In this document: positions 11,773 through 24,747 of the stretch, piece by piece
Layout: every line of letters starts with the position of its first letter
How positions within the stretch are numbered: position 1 is the first letter of the stretch
NCBI GenBank assembly: GCA_030390025.1
Contig: CM059433.1
Location: forward strand, 7,256,001-7,320,000
Source of the DNA: Squalus acanthias
Taxonomy: Eukaryota
Length of the DNA: 64,000 nt
Direction: 5' to 3'
Made by a program: the position numbers and the translations under genes
Notes under the pieces: generated by a model
Seen by the model: only the letters and a program-made list of their open reading frames with translations
Database searches by the model: none
What the model was told of the DNA's origin: nothing

Positions 11773-14700
11773 ATCAGCTGGAGGAGCACGAGCTCCAGGT
11801 TTCGGAGCTTGAGCAGTGGCAGGCTTCACTGCGGTGCATCCATGAGGCTGAGAGCTACATGGATAGCACGTTTCAGGAGGTGGTCATCCCGCAGCTTAAG
11901 AGTTTGCAGGCAGAGAGGAAATGGGTGACCGCCAGACAGACAAGGAGGACCAGGCATGCAGGAGTCCCCGGAGTGCATCTCGCTCTCTAACCGGAAAACT
12001 GGTGAGGGCGATGGTTCCTCTGGGGAGTACAGCCAGAGCCAAGTCCACGGCACCATGGGTGGCTCAGCTTACAGGAGGGTAGGAGGAAGGTCAGAAAAGC
12101 AACAGTGACAGGGGATTCAATAGTTAGGGGAACAGACAGGGGTTTCTGCGGCTGCAGATGTAACTCCAGGATGGTATGTTGCCTCCCTGGTGCCAGGGTC
12201 AAGGATGTCTCTGAGCGGCTGCAGGACATCCTGAGGGGGAAGGGTGAACAGCCAGAGGTCGTGGTCCATATTGGTACCCATGACATAGGCAGAAAGAGGG
12301 ATGAGATCCTGCAGGCAGATTTTAGGGAGCTAGGAAAGAGATTAATAAGCAGGACCTCAAAGGTAGTAATCTCTGGATTACTCCCGGTGTCACGTGCTAG
12401 TGAGTACAGGAATAGGAGGATAGAACAGATGAATGCCTGGCTGGAGAGATGGTGCAGGAGGGAGGGTTTTAAATTCCTGAGGCATTGGGACCGGTTCTGG
12501 GGGAGTTGGGACCTGTACAAGCCGGACGGGTTGCACCTCAACAGGTTGGGACCAATATCCTCGCGCGGGGGGGGGGGGGGGGGGGGGGGTTACTAGTGCT
12601 GTTGGGGAGGGTTTAAACTAGCTTGGGCCGTAATATTGGTTAAAGAAACAATTACAGCGGTGAGGAGGGATCATCTGTTAGAACGATCATCAAATGAGGC
12701 CATATTGCTTGAACTGAAGAACAATAAAGGGGCAATCACAATGCTGGAAGTGTACTATAGACCCCCAAATAGTCAGAGGGAGATAGAAGAGCAAATATGT
12801 AGGCAAATTTCTGAGAAGTGCAAAAACAATATGGCAGTAATAGTAGGGGATTTCAACTACCCTAATATTAACTGAGATAGAATCAGTGTAAAAGGTATAG
12901 AGGGCACAGAATTCTTAAAATGCATTCAGGAGAACTTTTTTAGCCAGTACGTAGCAAGCCCAACAAGAGAGGGGGAGGTTCTGGACTTAGTTTTAGGGAA
13001 TGAAGCTGGGCAGGTGGAAGGGGTATCAGTGGGAGAGTATTTTGGTCGTAGTGATCGTAATTCAGTTAGATTTAGGGTAGTTACGGAAAAGGACAAAGAT
13101 AGACCAGGAGTAAAAGTTCTTGATTGGGGAAAGGCCAATTTTACTGAGCTGAGATGTGATTTAGCAAAAGTGGACTGGAAACAGCTACTTGAAGGTGAAT
13201 CAGTGTCAGAGCAGTGGGAGGCATTCAAGGAGGAGATAGTGAGAATTCAGAGCAAATATGTTCCCACAAAGAAAAAGGATGGGACTAACAAATCTAGAGC
13301 CCTCTGGCTGTCAAGCGGTATACAGGGTCGGATAAGGCAAAAAAGGGAAGCTTATGTCAGATACCGAGCTAAATACTGCAGAAAGCCTGGAGGAGTATAG
13401 AAAGTGCAGGGGTGAAATTAAAAAGGAAATTAGGAAAGCAAAGAGAGTGCATGAAAACATTTTGGCAAGTAAAATCAAGGAAAACCCTTGATTGTTTTAT
13501 AAATACATAAAGAGCAAGAGGATAACTAAGGAAAGAGTAGGGTCTATTAGAGACCAAAAGGTAACCTGTGTGTGGAGGCAGAAGACGTGGGTATGGTTCA
13601 TAATGAATACTTTGCGTCTGTCTTCACAAGAGAGGGACGATGCAGACATTGTAGTTAATATTAGATGAGATAAACATAGTGAGAGAGGAAGTATAAAGGG
13701 GTTTAGCATCTTTGAAAGTAGATAAATCGCCAGGCCCAGATGAAATGTATCCCAGGCTGTTAAGAGAAGCAAGGGAGGAAATAGCGGAGGCTCTGACCAT
13801 CATTTTCCAATCCTCTCTGGCTACAGGTGTGGTGCTGGAGGACTGCTAACGTTGTACCGTTGTTTAAAAAAGGAGAAAGGGATAGACCAAATAATTACAG
13901 GCCAGTCAGACTAACCTTGGTGGTGGGCAAATTATTGGAAAAAGTTCTGAGGGACAGTATTAATCGTCATTTAGAAAGGCACGGATTAATCAAGGACAGT
14001 CAGCATAGATTTGCTAAGCGAAGGTCGTGTCTGACTAACTTGATTGAATTCTTTGAGGAGGTAACAGGGAGGGTCGATGAGGGTAGTGCGTTTGATGTAG
14101 TCTACATGGATTTTAGCAAGGCTTTTGACAAGGTCCCACATGCCACAAATGTAAAAGCCCATGGGATCCAAGGGAAAATGGCAAGTTGGATCCAAAATTG
14201 GCTCAGTGGCAGGAAGCAAATGGTAATGGTCGACGGGTGTTTTTGTGACTGGAAGATTGTTTCCAGTGGGGTTCCACAGGGCTCAGTACTAGGTCCCTTG
14301 CTTTTTGTGGTATATAATCAATGATTTAGACTTCAATGTAGGGGGCATGATTAAGAAGTATGCAGATGACACAAAAATTGGCCGTGTGGTTGATAGTGAG
14401 GAAGAAAGTTGTAGAATGCAGCAAGATATCAATGGACTGGTCAGGTGGGCAGAAAAGTGGCAAATGGAATTCAATCCGGAGAAGTGTGAGGTAATGCATT
14501 TGGGGAGGGCGAACAAGGCAAGGGAATACACAATAAATGTTAGGATACTGAGAAGTGTAGAGGAACAGAGGAACCTTGGAGTGCAAGTCCACAGATCCCT
14601 GAAGGCAGCAGGACAGGTAGATAAGGTGGTTAAGAAGGCATAAGGGATACTTAGCTTTACTGGCCGAGGCATAGAATATAAGAGCAGGGAGGTTATGCTT

Positions 14701-15289
14701 GAACTGTATAAAACACTGGTTAGGCCAGAGGTAGAGTACTGTGTACAGTTCTGGTCACTACATTACAGGTAGGATGTGATTGCACTAGAGGGGGTACAGA
14801 GGAGATTTACGAGGATGTTGCCAGGACTGGAGAATTTTAGCTATCAGGAAAGATTGGATAGGCTGGGGTTGTTTTCTTTGGAACAGAAGAGGCTGAGGGG
14901 AGACCTAATTGAGGTGTATAAAATTATGAGAGGCCTAGATAGAGTGGATAGGAAGGACCTATTTCCCCTAGCAGAAAGGTCAATAACCTGGGGGCATAGA
15001 TTTAAAGTAACTGGTAGAAGGATTAGAGGGGAGTTGAGGAGAACTTTGTTCACCCAGAGGGTGGTGGGGGTCTGGAACTCACTGCCTGAAAGGGTGGTAG
15101 AGGCAGAAACCCTCATCACATTTAAAAAGTACTTGGATATGCATTTGAAGTGCTGTAACCTACAGGGCTACGGACCAAGAGCTGGAAAGTGGGATTAGAC
15201 TGGAGAGCTCTCTTTCGGCCGGCACAGACACGATGGGCCGAATGGCCTCCTTCTGTGCCGTAAATTTCTATGATTCTATGATCATCCTC

Positions 15290-16170
15290 ATTTGTAGCAT
15301 CCTCTCTGTGGTTATGCAATGTACGTATTGGGTAACCCTTTGGGTGTGGTCCTGGAGGGCTGTTGGTGCCGACAGAAATATGGTGAGAAGGGGGAAAATT
15401 GAAACCCAGGCTGACTTTGCCCTCCCTAATCCAGGAGGGCCAAGGCCAACTACAGCGTCCCATTCATGCCCAGGCTGACATCAGCTAGCTCAGCACACAA
15501 ACTGGTAAGTTGGACCTGGAACCTTCATGGTCTGATAGGTTCAGCTGCTCACTGCATTAACCATTTGAGCTAGGAGGTACCCCCATAGGTCACTTATATC
15601 TTATAATGTAATCAGAACTGCTTGGTTGAATCACTGACGAGTATTCATTATTTTAGATGGTTTATTTCCCCACATTTTGTGGTGTCAAAGTTATAGTAGA
15701 TAATAAATGGTGGGTGAGGTTCCTAACCCTTGTTGCTCCTTTTTTCACCCCATGAATTTTCTTTCCACTGCTCCTTAAGCCACTGACGAATGCTGGAGGC
15801 TACACTTCAAGAGCGCTGGCCACCCCAGGGGCTACCTTGCTAAATAAATATTCTTCACGGAGGAGCACAGCGATCAGTGACTGGGGGGGAAGAGCAAAAG
15901 AGGGCATCATAACTGTGCCTGATGAGTCCACTGTCTTCACATCTACACCTTCCACATGGGGTCAGTGATCAGCGATGCAAACCCTGGCTGATATTCGATG
16001 TTCAATCCAGGGGCACCAATGTCAGCAAAGCCTTTTCCAGCACCCTAACCACCACCATGACTGAGATTAGCTAATTCAGCACAGACCAGGAATTGAATCT
16101 GGGATCTTCCTGATCCAAATGGGTCAGTGCGAACTTGGCAAGGTATTTTCCAACTGAGCCAGTGGAGCAC
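15290..16170 (-). mobile_element. old tRNA-SINE fragments (family C)
   Basis: Reverse tRNA-like heads ending ctgagcc; related pieces near 25775-25915, 44810-44930, 46590-46820, 54470-54680 and 57070-57170. Confidence 0.5.
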
Positions 16171-16247
16171 CTGTGTTGTTTTAAATTTTTTAAAAAGTGA
16201 ATCTGTTTACATTATCTAATGGTGTATCAATTGCTGTGCATTTTTGG

Positions 16248-16310
16248 CTGTATGTATGTATGCATGTTGTATGCATGTTGTATGTATGGCTGTTGTTTGT
16301 ATGCATGGTG
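16248..16310. repeat. degenerate (TGTA/TGCATGT) simple repeat
   Basis: tgtatgtatgtatgcatgttgtatgcatgttgtatgtatgg. Confidence 0.7.
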
Positions 16311-16444
16311 GTATAATAAATAAATGAACACTGTACTGTATTCAGAAGATTACTTGAGTGACACTAAAATAAAAGCTGCAATGAACAAATTCGAAGTGTT
16401 AAGCATTACAAATTTTTCACAGTGCATCTCGTCTCTCTCCTTAC

Positions 16445-16566
16445 CTGATTCTCCATTTGCATCAAGGTCCAGAGATCAACCACATCAGTCCCACATTCTG
16501 TTGCTACCTTGACACAGGCCTCAGCGTACTGCTTCATTATTGAATTACATCTGTCTAATTTACCAC
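16445..16566 (-). CDS. IAH1: IAH1 exon 5
   Basis: ttattag|GT...CAG|gtaagg; (G)GKLDRCNSIMKQYAEACVKVATECGTDVVDLWTLMQMENQ. Confidence 0.95.
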
Positions 16567-17847
16567 CTAATAAGGACACACAGCAGTAAGCAGCCTCTCC
16601 TAGTACTACACTGCATGCCTCTAAGGAAAAACGATGAAGCATATGGAAAAATCTACACTCAATTAGAACATATGGCTAGTCCCCACCGGCCATATACACA
16701 GTGTGGTTCTAGAATCTGCGTAATTTGCTACACACGGGGTAATCAGCAATGTCAGCTCCATACAGATTTCGATCTTAACTTTTCAGAATGAATAAATTCA
16801 GGTTTTAGAACCCATTTATACTATAGGTTTGCTGCTAATGGCATCACTACTTTGTAATATAAAAGCAGGGGTGGAGAGGGTGTCGGAGCGAGCAATGGTG
16901 GGGGTAGCTGTGCCACTGACAGCGGGGCTACCTCTGCCTGCAGTGCAAACAGAGGTGGTGAGCTACCAGCAGCAGAGACGGCAAACAAACATGCCTGCTG
17001 CCAGGCTGAGGAATGGGGACACACCTGCTCCACTCTGTACAGGCCGTGTCATGGTTTGACACTCGCCTGCACACAGCTCCCCCAGCAATTGGGGAAGTTT
17101 ACAGAGTGGAAGAATTATTTTTATAAATTTCAAAAAAAACATCTCTGTGTGCGCAAACCATTGCTGCTTATACAGCCACCGTTATTTTTTTGTTTAAAAG
17201 TTTTTCTTTAACACTTTTTTTCAGCACTGGGTCATTCCTCAAATTATTGGGAAATTACTGTACAAGTCAGAGCTCGGGAAAACTCAACGCCTCTACTTAG
17301 CCTTGGACTGGCTCGCCATCTCATTTTCCCGAGCTGACGTTACAATTTCCCTGTTTACATTACAAGATGGCTTTAACAGCAGAGGGGCTGGCATTCCAAC
17401 AAACAAAACCACTTTCTAAAATGGTTCCATAAATGTCCATTGGTAAATAGAACAAAAATATGATTTAAAAAAAGAGGCCTATGATAAATATAAGAGGATA
17501 ACAAAGAGAGAGATTAGGGGAGTCTGAAAGAATACTGCAGATCAACATAAAGGGAAATAGCAAAACTTTTTATGAGCACAAATGAGGCAAAAGGAAGTCA
17601 CAGAAGGGGCGGGACCACTTAGAGACGCAAAGGACCATCGTGAATTTGAGTGAGGAAATGGCAAAGATGCTTAATAGATATTTTGCATCTGTTTTTAGGG
17701 GAAGGTGAAGGTAGGACTGCCCCAGGTTTTTCACTGGGCCTTTGCTGAGAGAGCAGGAGGCCTGTGCCGCTCCACGGTCTAAGCCTCATTAATGCCTTTA
17801 ATTTTATGCATTAGGGCATGTCCTGGTTGCCCAATAATTTCCGACAC

Positions 17848-18512
17848 GTCCTTGTGCACGAATCACAGAAAGTTAACATGCAGGTACAGCAAGCAATTAG
17901 GAAAGCAAATGCTATGTTAGCCTTTATTACAAAAAGATTGGAGTGTAAGAGTAAAGAAGTCTTACTGCAATTATACAGGGCAATGGTGAGACCACACCTG
18001 GAGTATTGTGTACAGTTTTGGTCTCCTTACCCAAGGAAGGATATACTTGGAGGGAGTGCAATGAAGTTTCACCAGACTGATTCCTGGGATGGGGGGATTG
18101 AGGAGACTAGGCCAATATTCCCTAGAGTTTAGAAGAATGTGAGGTGATCTCATTGAAACATATAAAATTCTTAAGGGGCTCGACGGGGTAGATGCTGGGA
18201 GGATGTTTCCCCTGGATGGGCAGTCTAGAACTAGGGGTCGACCATTTAGGACTGAGATGAGGAGAAATTTCTTCACTCAGAGGGTGGTGAATCTTTGGAA
18301 TTCTCTACCCCAGAGGGCTGTGGAGGCTCAGTCATTGAGTATATTCCAGAGAGAGATGGACAGATTTTTGAATATTAAGGGAATCAAGCGATATGGGGAT
18401 TGGGCAGGAAAGTGGAGATGAGGTAGAAGATCAGCCATGATCTCATTGAATGGCGGAGCAGGCTCGAGGAGCCAAATGGCCGACTCCTGCTCCTATTTCT
18501 TACGTTCTTATG
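17848..18512 (+). mobile_element. 5'-truncated CR1 LINE
   Basis: VQQAIRKANAML..LYRAMVRPHLEYCVQFWSP..FFTQRVVNLWNSLP plus CR1 tail. Confidence 0.9.
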
Positions 18513-19089
18513 ACACGTTGCATCACTGGGTGACGTCACCATTGTAGCTTTTTAGCTGTGCTGAATTAAAACTGGAAATCCAAGCCCACAGCGCGCCCTT
18601 GCAGTTACACAGCCAGCGGAAGTACCTTTGTTTGTCGTCTTAAAGTTTTGCTGCCAGATATTTTGTTGGGATTTGCAAGATCTAGTTTATGAGCCATTTT
18701 TGGTTTCCTTGCCTCGCATTGCTCTGGTAGCATTGCTTAACTTTCATTTTTAATTTTACTCTAACACTTTCGTTCCTTTGTCTCTTTTTAAAACCAAGCA
18801 TTCAATATGGTTTTCCTTAGCCAAAAGCATCCTCTGCATAGCATTCCTTTGGGAATTCGCTTTGCTTTCAGGGAGCTGGAGGAGCAGGAAAATTTCCAGA
18901 GGATTCATCAGAGGGATGTCTGCTTGTACCTGAGACTGGTGACTTATCCAGGCAGGCCAGCCACAGAACCAGCACAGCTTCCTGGGCATGTCACAGGAGA
19001 ATTGAAAAGGATGCCAATCTCCAGACAGTGGTTTTGAGCCCTCAATGTCACATCTAGCTGTACCTTGAGAGGCCTCGGTTTAACGTCTC

Positions 19090-21612
19090 ATGGCTTCAGG
19101 TCAAGCATGGGCAAGGAAACCTCCTGCTGATTACCACCTACAGCCCTCCCTCAGCTGATGAATCAGTACAACTCCATGTTGAACACCACTTGGAAGAAGC
19201 ACTGAGGGTAGTAAAGGCAAAGAATTTACTCTGGGTGAGGGACTTCAATGACCCTCACCAAGAGTGGCTCGGTAGCACCATTACTGACCGAGCTGGCCAA
19301 GTCCTGAAGGACATAGCTGCCAGACTGGGCCTGCGGCAGGTGGGGAGAGAACCAACACGTGGGGAAAAACCTACTCGACCTCGTCCTCACCAATCTACCT
19401 GTCGCAGATGCATCCGTCCATGGCAGCATTGGTAGCAGTGACCACCGAACAGTCCTTGTGGAGACGAATCCCATCTTCACACTGAGGACACCCTCCACCG
19501 TGTTGTGTGGCACTACCACCGTGTTAATTGGGACAGATTCGGAACAGATCTAACAGCTCAAAACTGGGCATCCATGAGGCGCTGTGGGCCATCTGTAACC
19601 TCATGGCCCGGTATATCCCTATCTCTACCATTACCATCAAGCCAGGGGACCAACCCTGATTCAATGAGGAGTGCAGAAAAGCATGCCAGGAGTAGCACCA
19701 GGCATACCTAAAAATGAGGTGCCAACCTGGGGAAGCTGCAACTACATGCATGCTGAACAACAGAAGCAGCATGCTATAGACAAAGCTAAGCGATCCCACA
19801 ATCAACAGATCAGATCAAAGCTCTGCAGTCCTGCCATATCCAGTCGTGAATGGTGATGGACAATTAAACAATAATAGGAGGAGGAGGCTCCATGAATATC
19901 CCTATCCTCAATGATGGCGGAGTCCAGTGCACGAGTGCAAATGACAAGGCTGAAGCGTTTGCAACCATCTTCAGCCAGAAGTGCCGAGTGGATGATCCCT
20001 ATCGGCCTCCTCCTGAGGTCCCCACCATCACAGAAGCCAGTCTTCAGTCAATTCGATTCACTCCACGTGATATCAAGAGACGGCTGACTGCACTGGATAC
20101 AGCAAAGGCTGTGGGTCCCGACAACATCCCGGCTGTCGTGCTGAAGACATGTGCTCCAGAACAAGCCGCGCCTCTAGCTAAGTTGTTCCAGTACAGCTAT
20201 AACACTGGCATCTACCCGACAATGTGGAAAGCTACCCAGGTATGTCCTGTCCACAAAAAGCAGGACAAATTCAATCTGGCCAATTACCGCCCCATCAGTC
20301 TACTTTCAATCATCAGCAAAGTGATGGAAGGTGTCATCGACAGTGCTATCAAGCAGCACTTACTCACCAATAACCTGCTCACTGATGCTCAGTTTGGGTT
20401 CCGCCAGGACCACTCGGCTCCAGACCTCATTACAGCCTTGGTCCAAACATGGACAAAAGAGCTGAATTCCAGAGGAGAGATGAGAGTGACTGCACTTGAC
20501 ATCAAGGCATCATTTGACCGAGTGTGGCATCAAGGAGCCCTAGTAAAATTGAAGTCAATGGGAATCGGTGAAAACTCTCCACTGGCTGGAGTCATACCTA
20601 GCACAAAGGAAGATGGTTGTGGTTGTTGGAGGTCAATCATCTCAGCCCCAGGACATCGCTGCAGGAGTTCCTCAGGGCAGTGTCCTAGGCCCAACCATCT
20701 TCAGCTGCTTCATCAATGACCTTCCCTCCATCATAAGGTCAGAAGTGGGGATGTTCGTTGATGATTGCACAGTGCTCAGTTCCATTCGCAACTCCTCAGA
20801 TAATGAAGCAGTCCATGCCTGCATGCAGCAAGACCTGGACGACATTCAGGCTTGGGCTGCTAAGTGGCAAGTAACATTCTTGCCACACAAGTGCCAGGCA
20901 ATGACTATCTCCAACAAGAGAGAGTCTAACCACCGCCCCTTGACATTCAACAGCCTTACCATCATTGAATCCCCCACCATCAACATCCTGGGGGTCACCA
21001 TTGACCAGAAACTTAACTGGACCAGCCACATAAATACTGTGGCAACAAGAGCAGGTCAGAGGCTGAGTATTCTGCGGCGAGTGTTTCACCTCCTGACTCC
21101 CAAAGCTTTTCCACCATCTACAAGGCACAAGTCAGGAGTGTGATAGAATACTCTCCACTTCCCTGGATGCGTGCAGCTCCAACAACACTCAACAAGCTCG
21201 ACACCATCCTGGACAAAGCAACCCGCTTGATTGGCACCCCATCCACCACCGGCACACCGTGTCTGCAGTGTGTACCATCTACAAGATGCACTGCAGCAAC
21301 TCGTCAAGGCTTCTTCGACAGCACCTCCCAAACCCGTGACCCCTACCACCTAGAAGGACAAGGGTAGCAGGCGCATGGGAAAACAATCACCTCCAAGTTC
21401 CCCTCCAAGTCAAACACCATCCTGACTTGGAAATATATCGCCGTTCCTTCATCGTCGCTGGGTCAAAATTCTGGAACTCCCTCCCTAACAGTACACGGAC
21501 TGCAGCGGTTCGAGAAGGCGGTTCACCACCACCTTCTCAAGGGCAATTAGGGATAGGCAATAAATGCTGGCCCTGCCAGCGATGCCCACATCCCAGGAAC
21601 GAATAAAAAAAA
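19090..21612 (+). mobile_element. LINE family B (CR1/L2 group), 5'-truncated, inserted into a minus-strand Deu-type SINE
   Basis: APE remnant (DFN, LDLVLTN, SDH); RT (NYRPISLL, QFGFR, DIKASFD, GVPQGSVLGP, FVDD); stem-loop tail; flanks cctcggtttaacgtctca|...|tctgaaagac rejoin into the SINE. Confidence 0.9.
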
Positions 21613-21799
21613 TTCTGAAAGACTCCCTCAGTACTGCAGTCTAGATTACGTGCTCAAGTCTCTGGAGTGGGACTTGAACCCACAACCTTCTGACTCAGAG
21701 ACAACAGTGCTCCACCACTGAGCAAATGCTGCCATCCTAACATGATACGTTCAGTGATCAATACAATATGGGCATTCCTCATCATCTTCCCACTTGAAG

Positions 21800-22195
21800 T
21801 CTTCTCCTTAGATCAGAGGTTAAAGGGAGATTTAATAGAAGTGGTCAAAATTATGAAGGGTTTTGATAGAGTAGATAGGGAGAAACTGCTTCCACTGGCA
21901 GGAGGGTCGGTAACCAGAGGACACAGATTTAAGATAATTGGCAACCAGGAGGAGACGAGGAGAATATTTTTTACGCAGCGAGTTGTTATAATCTGGCATG
22001 CACTGCCTGAAAGGGTGGTGGAGGCAGATTCAATAGTAACTTTCAAAGGGGAATTGGGTAAATACTTGGAAAGGAAAAAAATGCTGAGTTATGGGGAAAG
22101 AGCAGGGGAAGTGGGACTAGTTGGAGAGCTCTTTCAAAGAGCTGGCACAGGCATGGTGGGCCAAATGGCCTCCTTCTGTGCTGTAAGATTCTAGG
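21800..22195 (+). mobile_element. CR1 3' fragment
   Basis: LKGDLIEVVKIMKG..FFTQRVVIIWHALP plus tail. Confidence 0.85.
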
Positions 22196-22800
22196 ATTCA
22201 GTCTCAGCTGAAATATCTGTGAGTACAACAAAGAACTCTCTCCCATAGGAGGTGGGAAGGCGGTGGGGGTGGGGTGGGCGGTGGAGGGGAAGAAGTCAAC
22301 CCCTAGATGCAGCCATTTCAGAAGCAGCATTGATCTGAGGCCTATTTGAGGAGAACCTAAAAAGGAATTTGTGGTGGGAGGGGAAGAGAGATGGGGAGCG
22401 AGAGATTGAGGGAAGGAGAGAGGGAGAGAGAGCAAGAGAGAAGAAATGGTTTCATCATATATTAGTTCCAAAATTGCTACAGTCAGATTTTATGCTTATG
22501 TAATTGCACTTATAGGGACATAACAGGATTGGTGAAGAACTTACCACTGAAATTATCTATTTTTTTTTTAAAGTGAAAAAATAATATATTTTCTCATATT
22601 ACACAATCTTGATCCAAAATGGTATTTGCACTGAGGTGGGAGTGTTCCTCAGGACACTTGATTTCTCATCTGCCTTGATCTCTATCCAGTAACAATCACA
22701 GAAGATTCCTATTCTGCTCAAATCATTACAGATTCTAATGACTCACAACTTATTAACTGAAGTGCTTTTTTGATTGCGTGTACGAATGTGTTTCCATTAC

Positions 22801-22962
22801 CAATGGCAGCGCAGGTCTTTTCCCAGGCTGACTCATCCAGCGGAGGTGGTGTTATCATGATCACCTTTTTTTCACTGACGCCTATAGATTTCAGGTATTG
22901 GATTATACATCTCAGATTTTCAGCATACTCGGCGAGAGGAATGTGCTGCACCGGGTTCACAT
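22801..22962 (-). CDS. IAH1: IAH1 exon 4
   Basis: gactag|AT...G|gtaatg; (D)VNPVQHIPLAEYAENLRCIIQYLKSIGVSEKKVIMITPPPLDESAWEKTCAAI. Confidence 0.95.
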
Positions 22963-23664
22963 CTAGTCACAAACCAAAAAGGACAAGTTACACAACGTGG
23001 TACGGGAGATGAGAAACCTGCAGAGTACAAGCCATACAAATGAAGCTCTCAAAACTGCTCCTGAAGCAATTAACTCCATTAGTCTGTTTTTCAAGAAAAG
23101 AATATCTCCATTTCACTTGAATGCAACTTCTTGTGAACGCAGGCATATTACTAAAATGGCACTCGTTTATGGTACAGTATCTTCCTGCACGTTACCTCTT
23201 ACAGAAGGTAGGTACTGCCGGGAATTCAGAGCCAGAGTGATCTTCTGGAATAGTTTCGATCGCCTAGATGGGTCGGAGGAGAGGAATTTCCCAGATTTGT
23301 CCCCCCCACCCCCGCTCCAAATTGGCCTGGGTTTTTTATCTGTTTTTTTTTGCCTCTCCCAGGAGATCACATGGTTTCAGGCGGGGTGGGGAGTATATAA
23401 TGTGATACACAAGGTAGCGCAATTGTGTGGGACAGGCGCGATGGACCAGGCGCGACGGACCAGATGTTACCTATAAGCTGCGCGGCCACGTGGCGCTCTG
23501 CTGGTCCCGCGCAGCCGGTGAGCCGGCTTTTAAATAGAAAAACTGCGCATGCGCCAAATTTCAAAGGGGCCGCACGGGCCAAAAAAAAGAGGGAACATTG
23601 GTCTTTACCTCTGTTCCTAGGTCTATCCTTTTTTTTCCCCCCATTAATTTTTTTTTTCTCTCTC

Positions 23665-23882
23665 CCACATGGCAGCTGTCTCTCATTCTGCCATTTACAC
23701 TTCATCTAGAGCCATCTTTTGTTTCTTAACTTGTCCCATTACCATCTCCTTTTGCCTTGCACCATCTCTCAATCTCTCCTGCCTTCCACCCTATCACAGA
23801 CCTTCCCTTTTGTTCTTTCCTCCCCTCCCCCTGCCCATACACTTGCTTAAAAACCTGTTCCATCTCCAGCTTTTTCCAGCTA
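23665..23882 (+). mobile_element. Penelope family A pLTR fragment, truncated before the hammerhead
   Basis: Near-identical to 53690-53925. Confidence 0.8.
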
Positions 23883-24134
23883 TGCCTCAGCATCTTTAGG
23901 TTATGGAGAGGGAAAAAAACAGCCAAAGTTCCTGCTTCTGATCGCCAGGCAGCAATTCCTGCGGGAAGTGCGCAAAGGCAGACGCCAGGTGAGGACAGGA
24001 GCGGGCCTGGCTGTGACAGGCCAATGACACGTCGCTCCCCTCCCCTCCCCTCCCCCATGGTCAAATAGCCTGTCGACACCCACTAACTCGGCTCACACAT
24101 AAAGAACGGTCAATTAGGTGAGCTACTGCAGCAG

Positions 24135-24603
24135 CGGGTACAGTAGTACAGTGGTTATGTTACTGGACTAGTAATCCAGAGACGTGAGTTTAAATCCCAT
24201 CAGGGCAGCTGGGGGAATTTAAATTCAGTTAATTAAATAAATTTGGAATTAAAAATCATTCAGTAATGGTGACCATAAAACTACCGGATTGTCGGAAAAA
24301 CCCAGCTGGTTCACTAATGCCCTTTAGGGAAGAAAATCTGCCAGACCTTACCCAGTCTGGTCTATATGTAACTCCAGACCCACAGCAATGTGGTTGACTC
24401 TTAACTGCCCTCTGAAATGGCCTAGCAAGCCACTCAGTTGTAACAAACCTCTATGACAAAGTAAGCATTGTGGGACTACCTTCACCACACGGACTGCAGT
24501 GGTTCAAGAAGGTGGCTACTGACCAATTAGGGATGGGCAATAAATGCCGGCCTTGCCAGTGACGCCCACATCCCATGAATGAATAAATTTAAAAAAATTT
24601 AAA
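24135..24603 (+). mobile_element. tRNA-headed SINE sharing both its 5' 310 nt and its 3' tail with LINE family B
   Basis: Head and body match the reverse complement of 42050-42360; tail matches 21490-21610. Confidence 0.85.
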
Positions 24604-24747
24604 AGCTGTGGAACTGTATCTCAGGCTTCAGGAGAGGAGGAGGATAGAGGAGAAAATTGGCAGAAGAAAAAAAAAATCCCACCTGCAGCTTCCCACGGGT
24701 GCTGGCAGTCAAGCTCACTCCTTTCGCACACACACATTGCTGCAAGA

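Larger units (their letters stand above)
10740..15280 (+). mobile_element. near full-length CR1 LINE (ORF1 SGNH esterase; ORF2 APE+RT; frameshifts and internal deletion)
   Basis: ORF1 GDSIVRG..CLPGA..VVVHIGTHD..DGLHLN (12105-12596); ORF2 YRPPN, GDFN, NYRPV, DFSKAFD, GVPQGSVLGP, KYADDTK, LRGDLIEVYK; tail (ttctatga)n. Confidence 0.92.

Noticed and set aside
12567..12589. Long poly-G runs (also 46230, 58623)
   Set aside because: Homopolymer expansions, possibly of uncertain length in the assembly; no further structure
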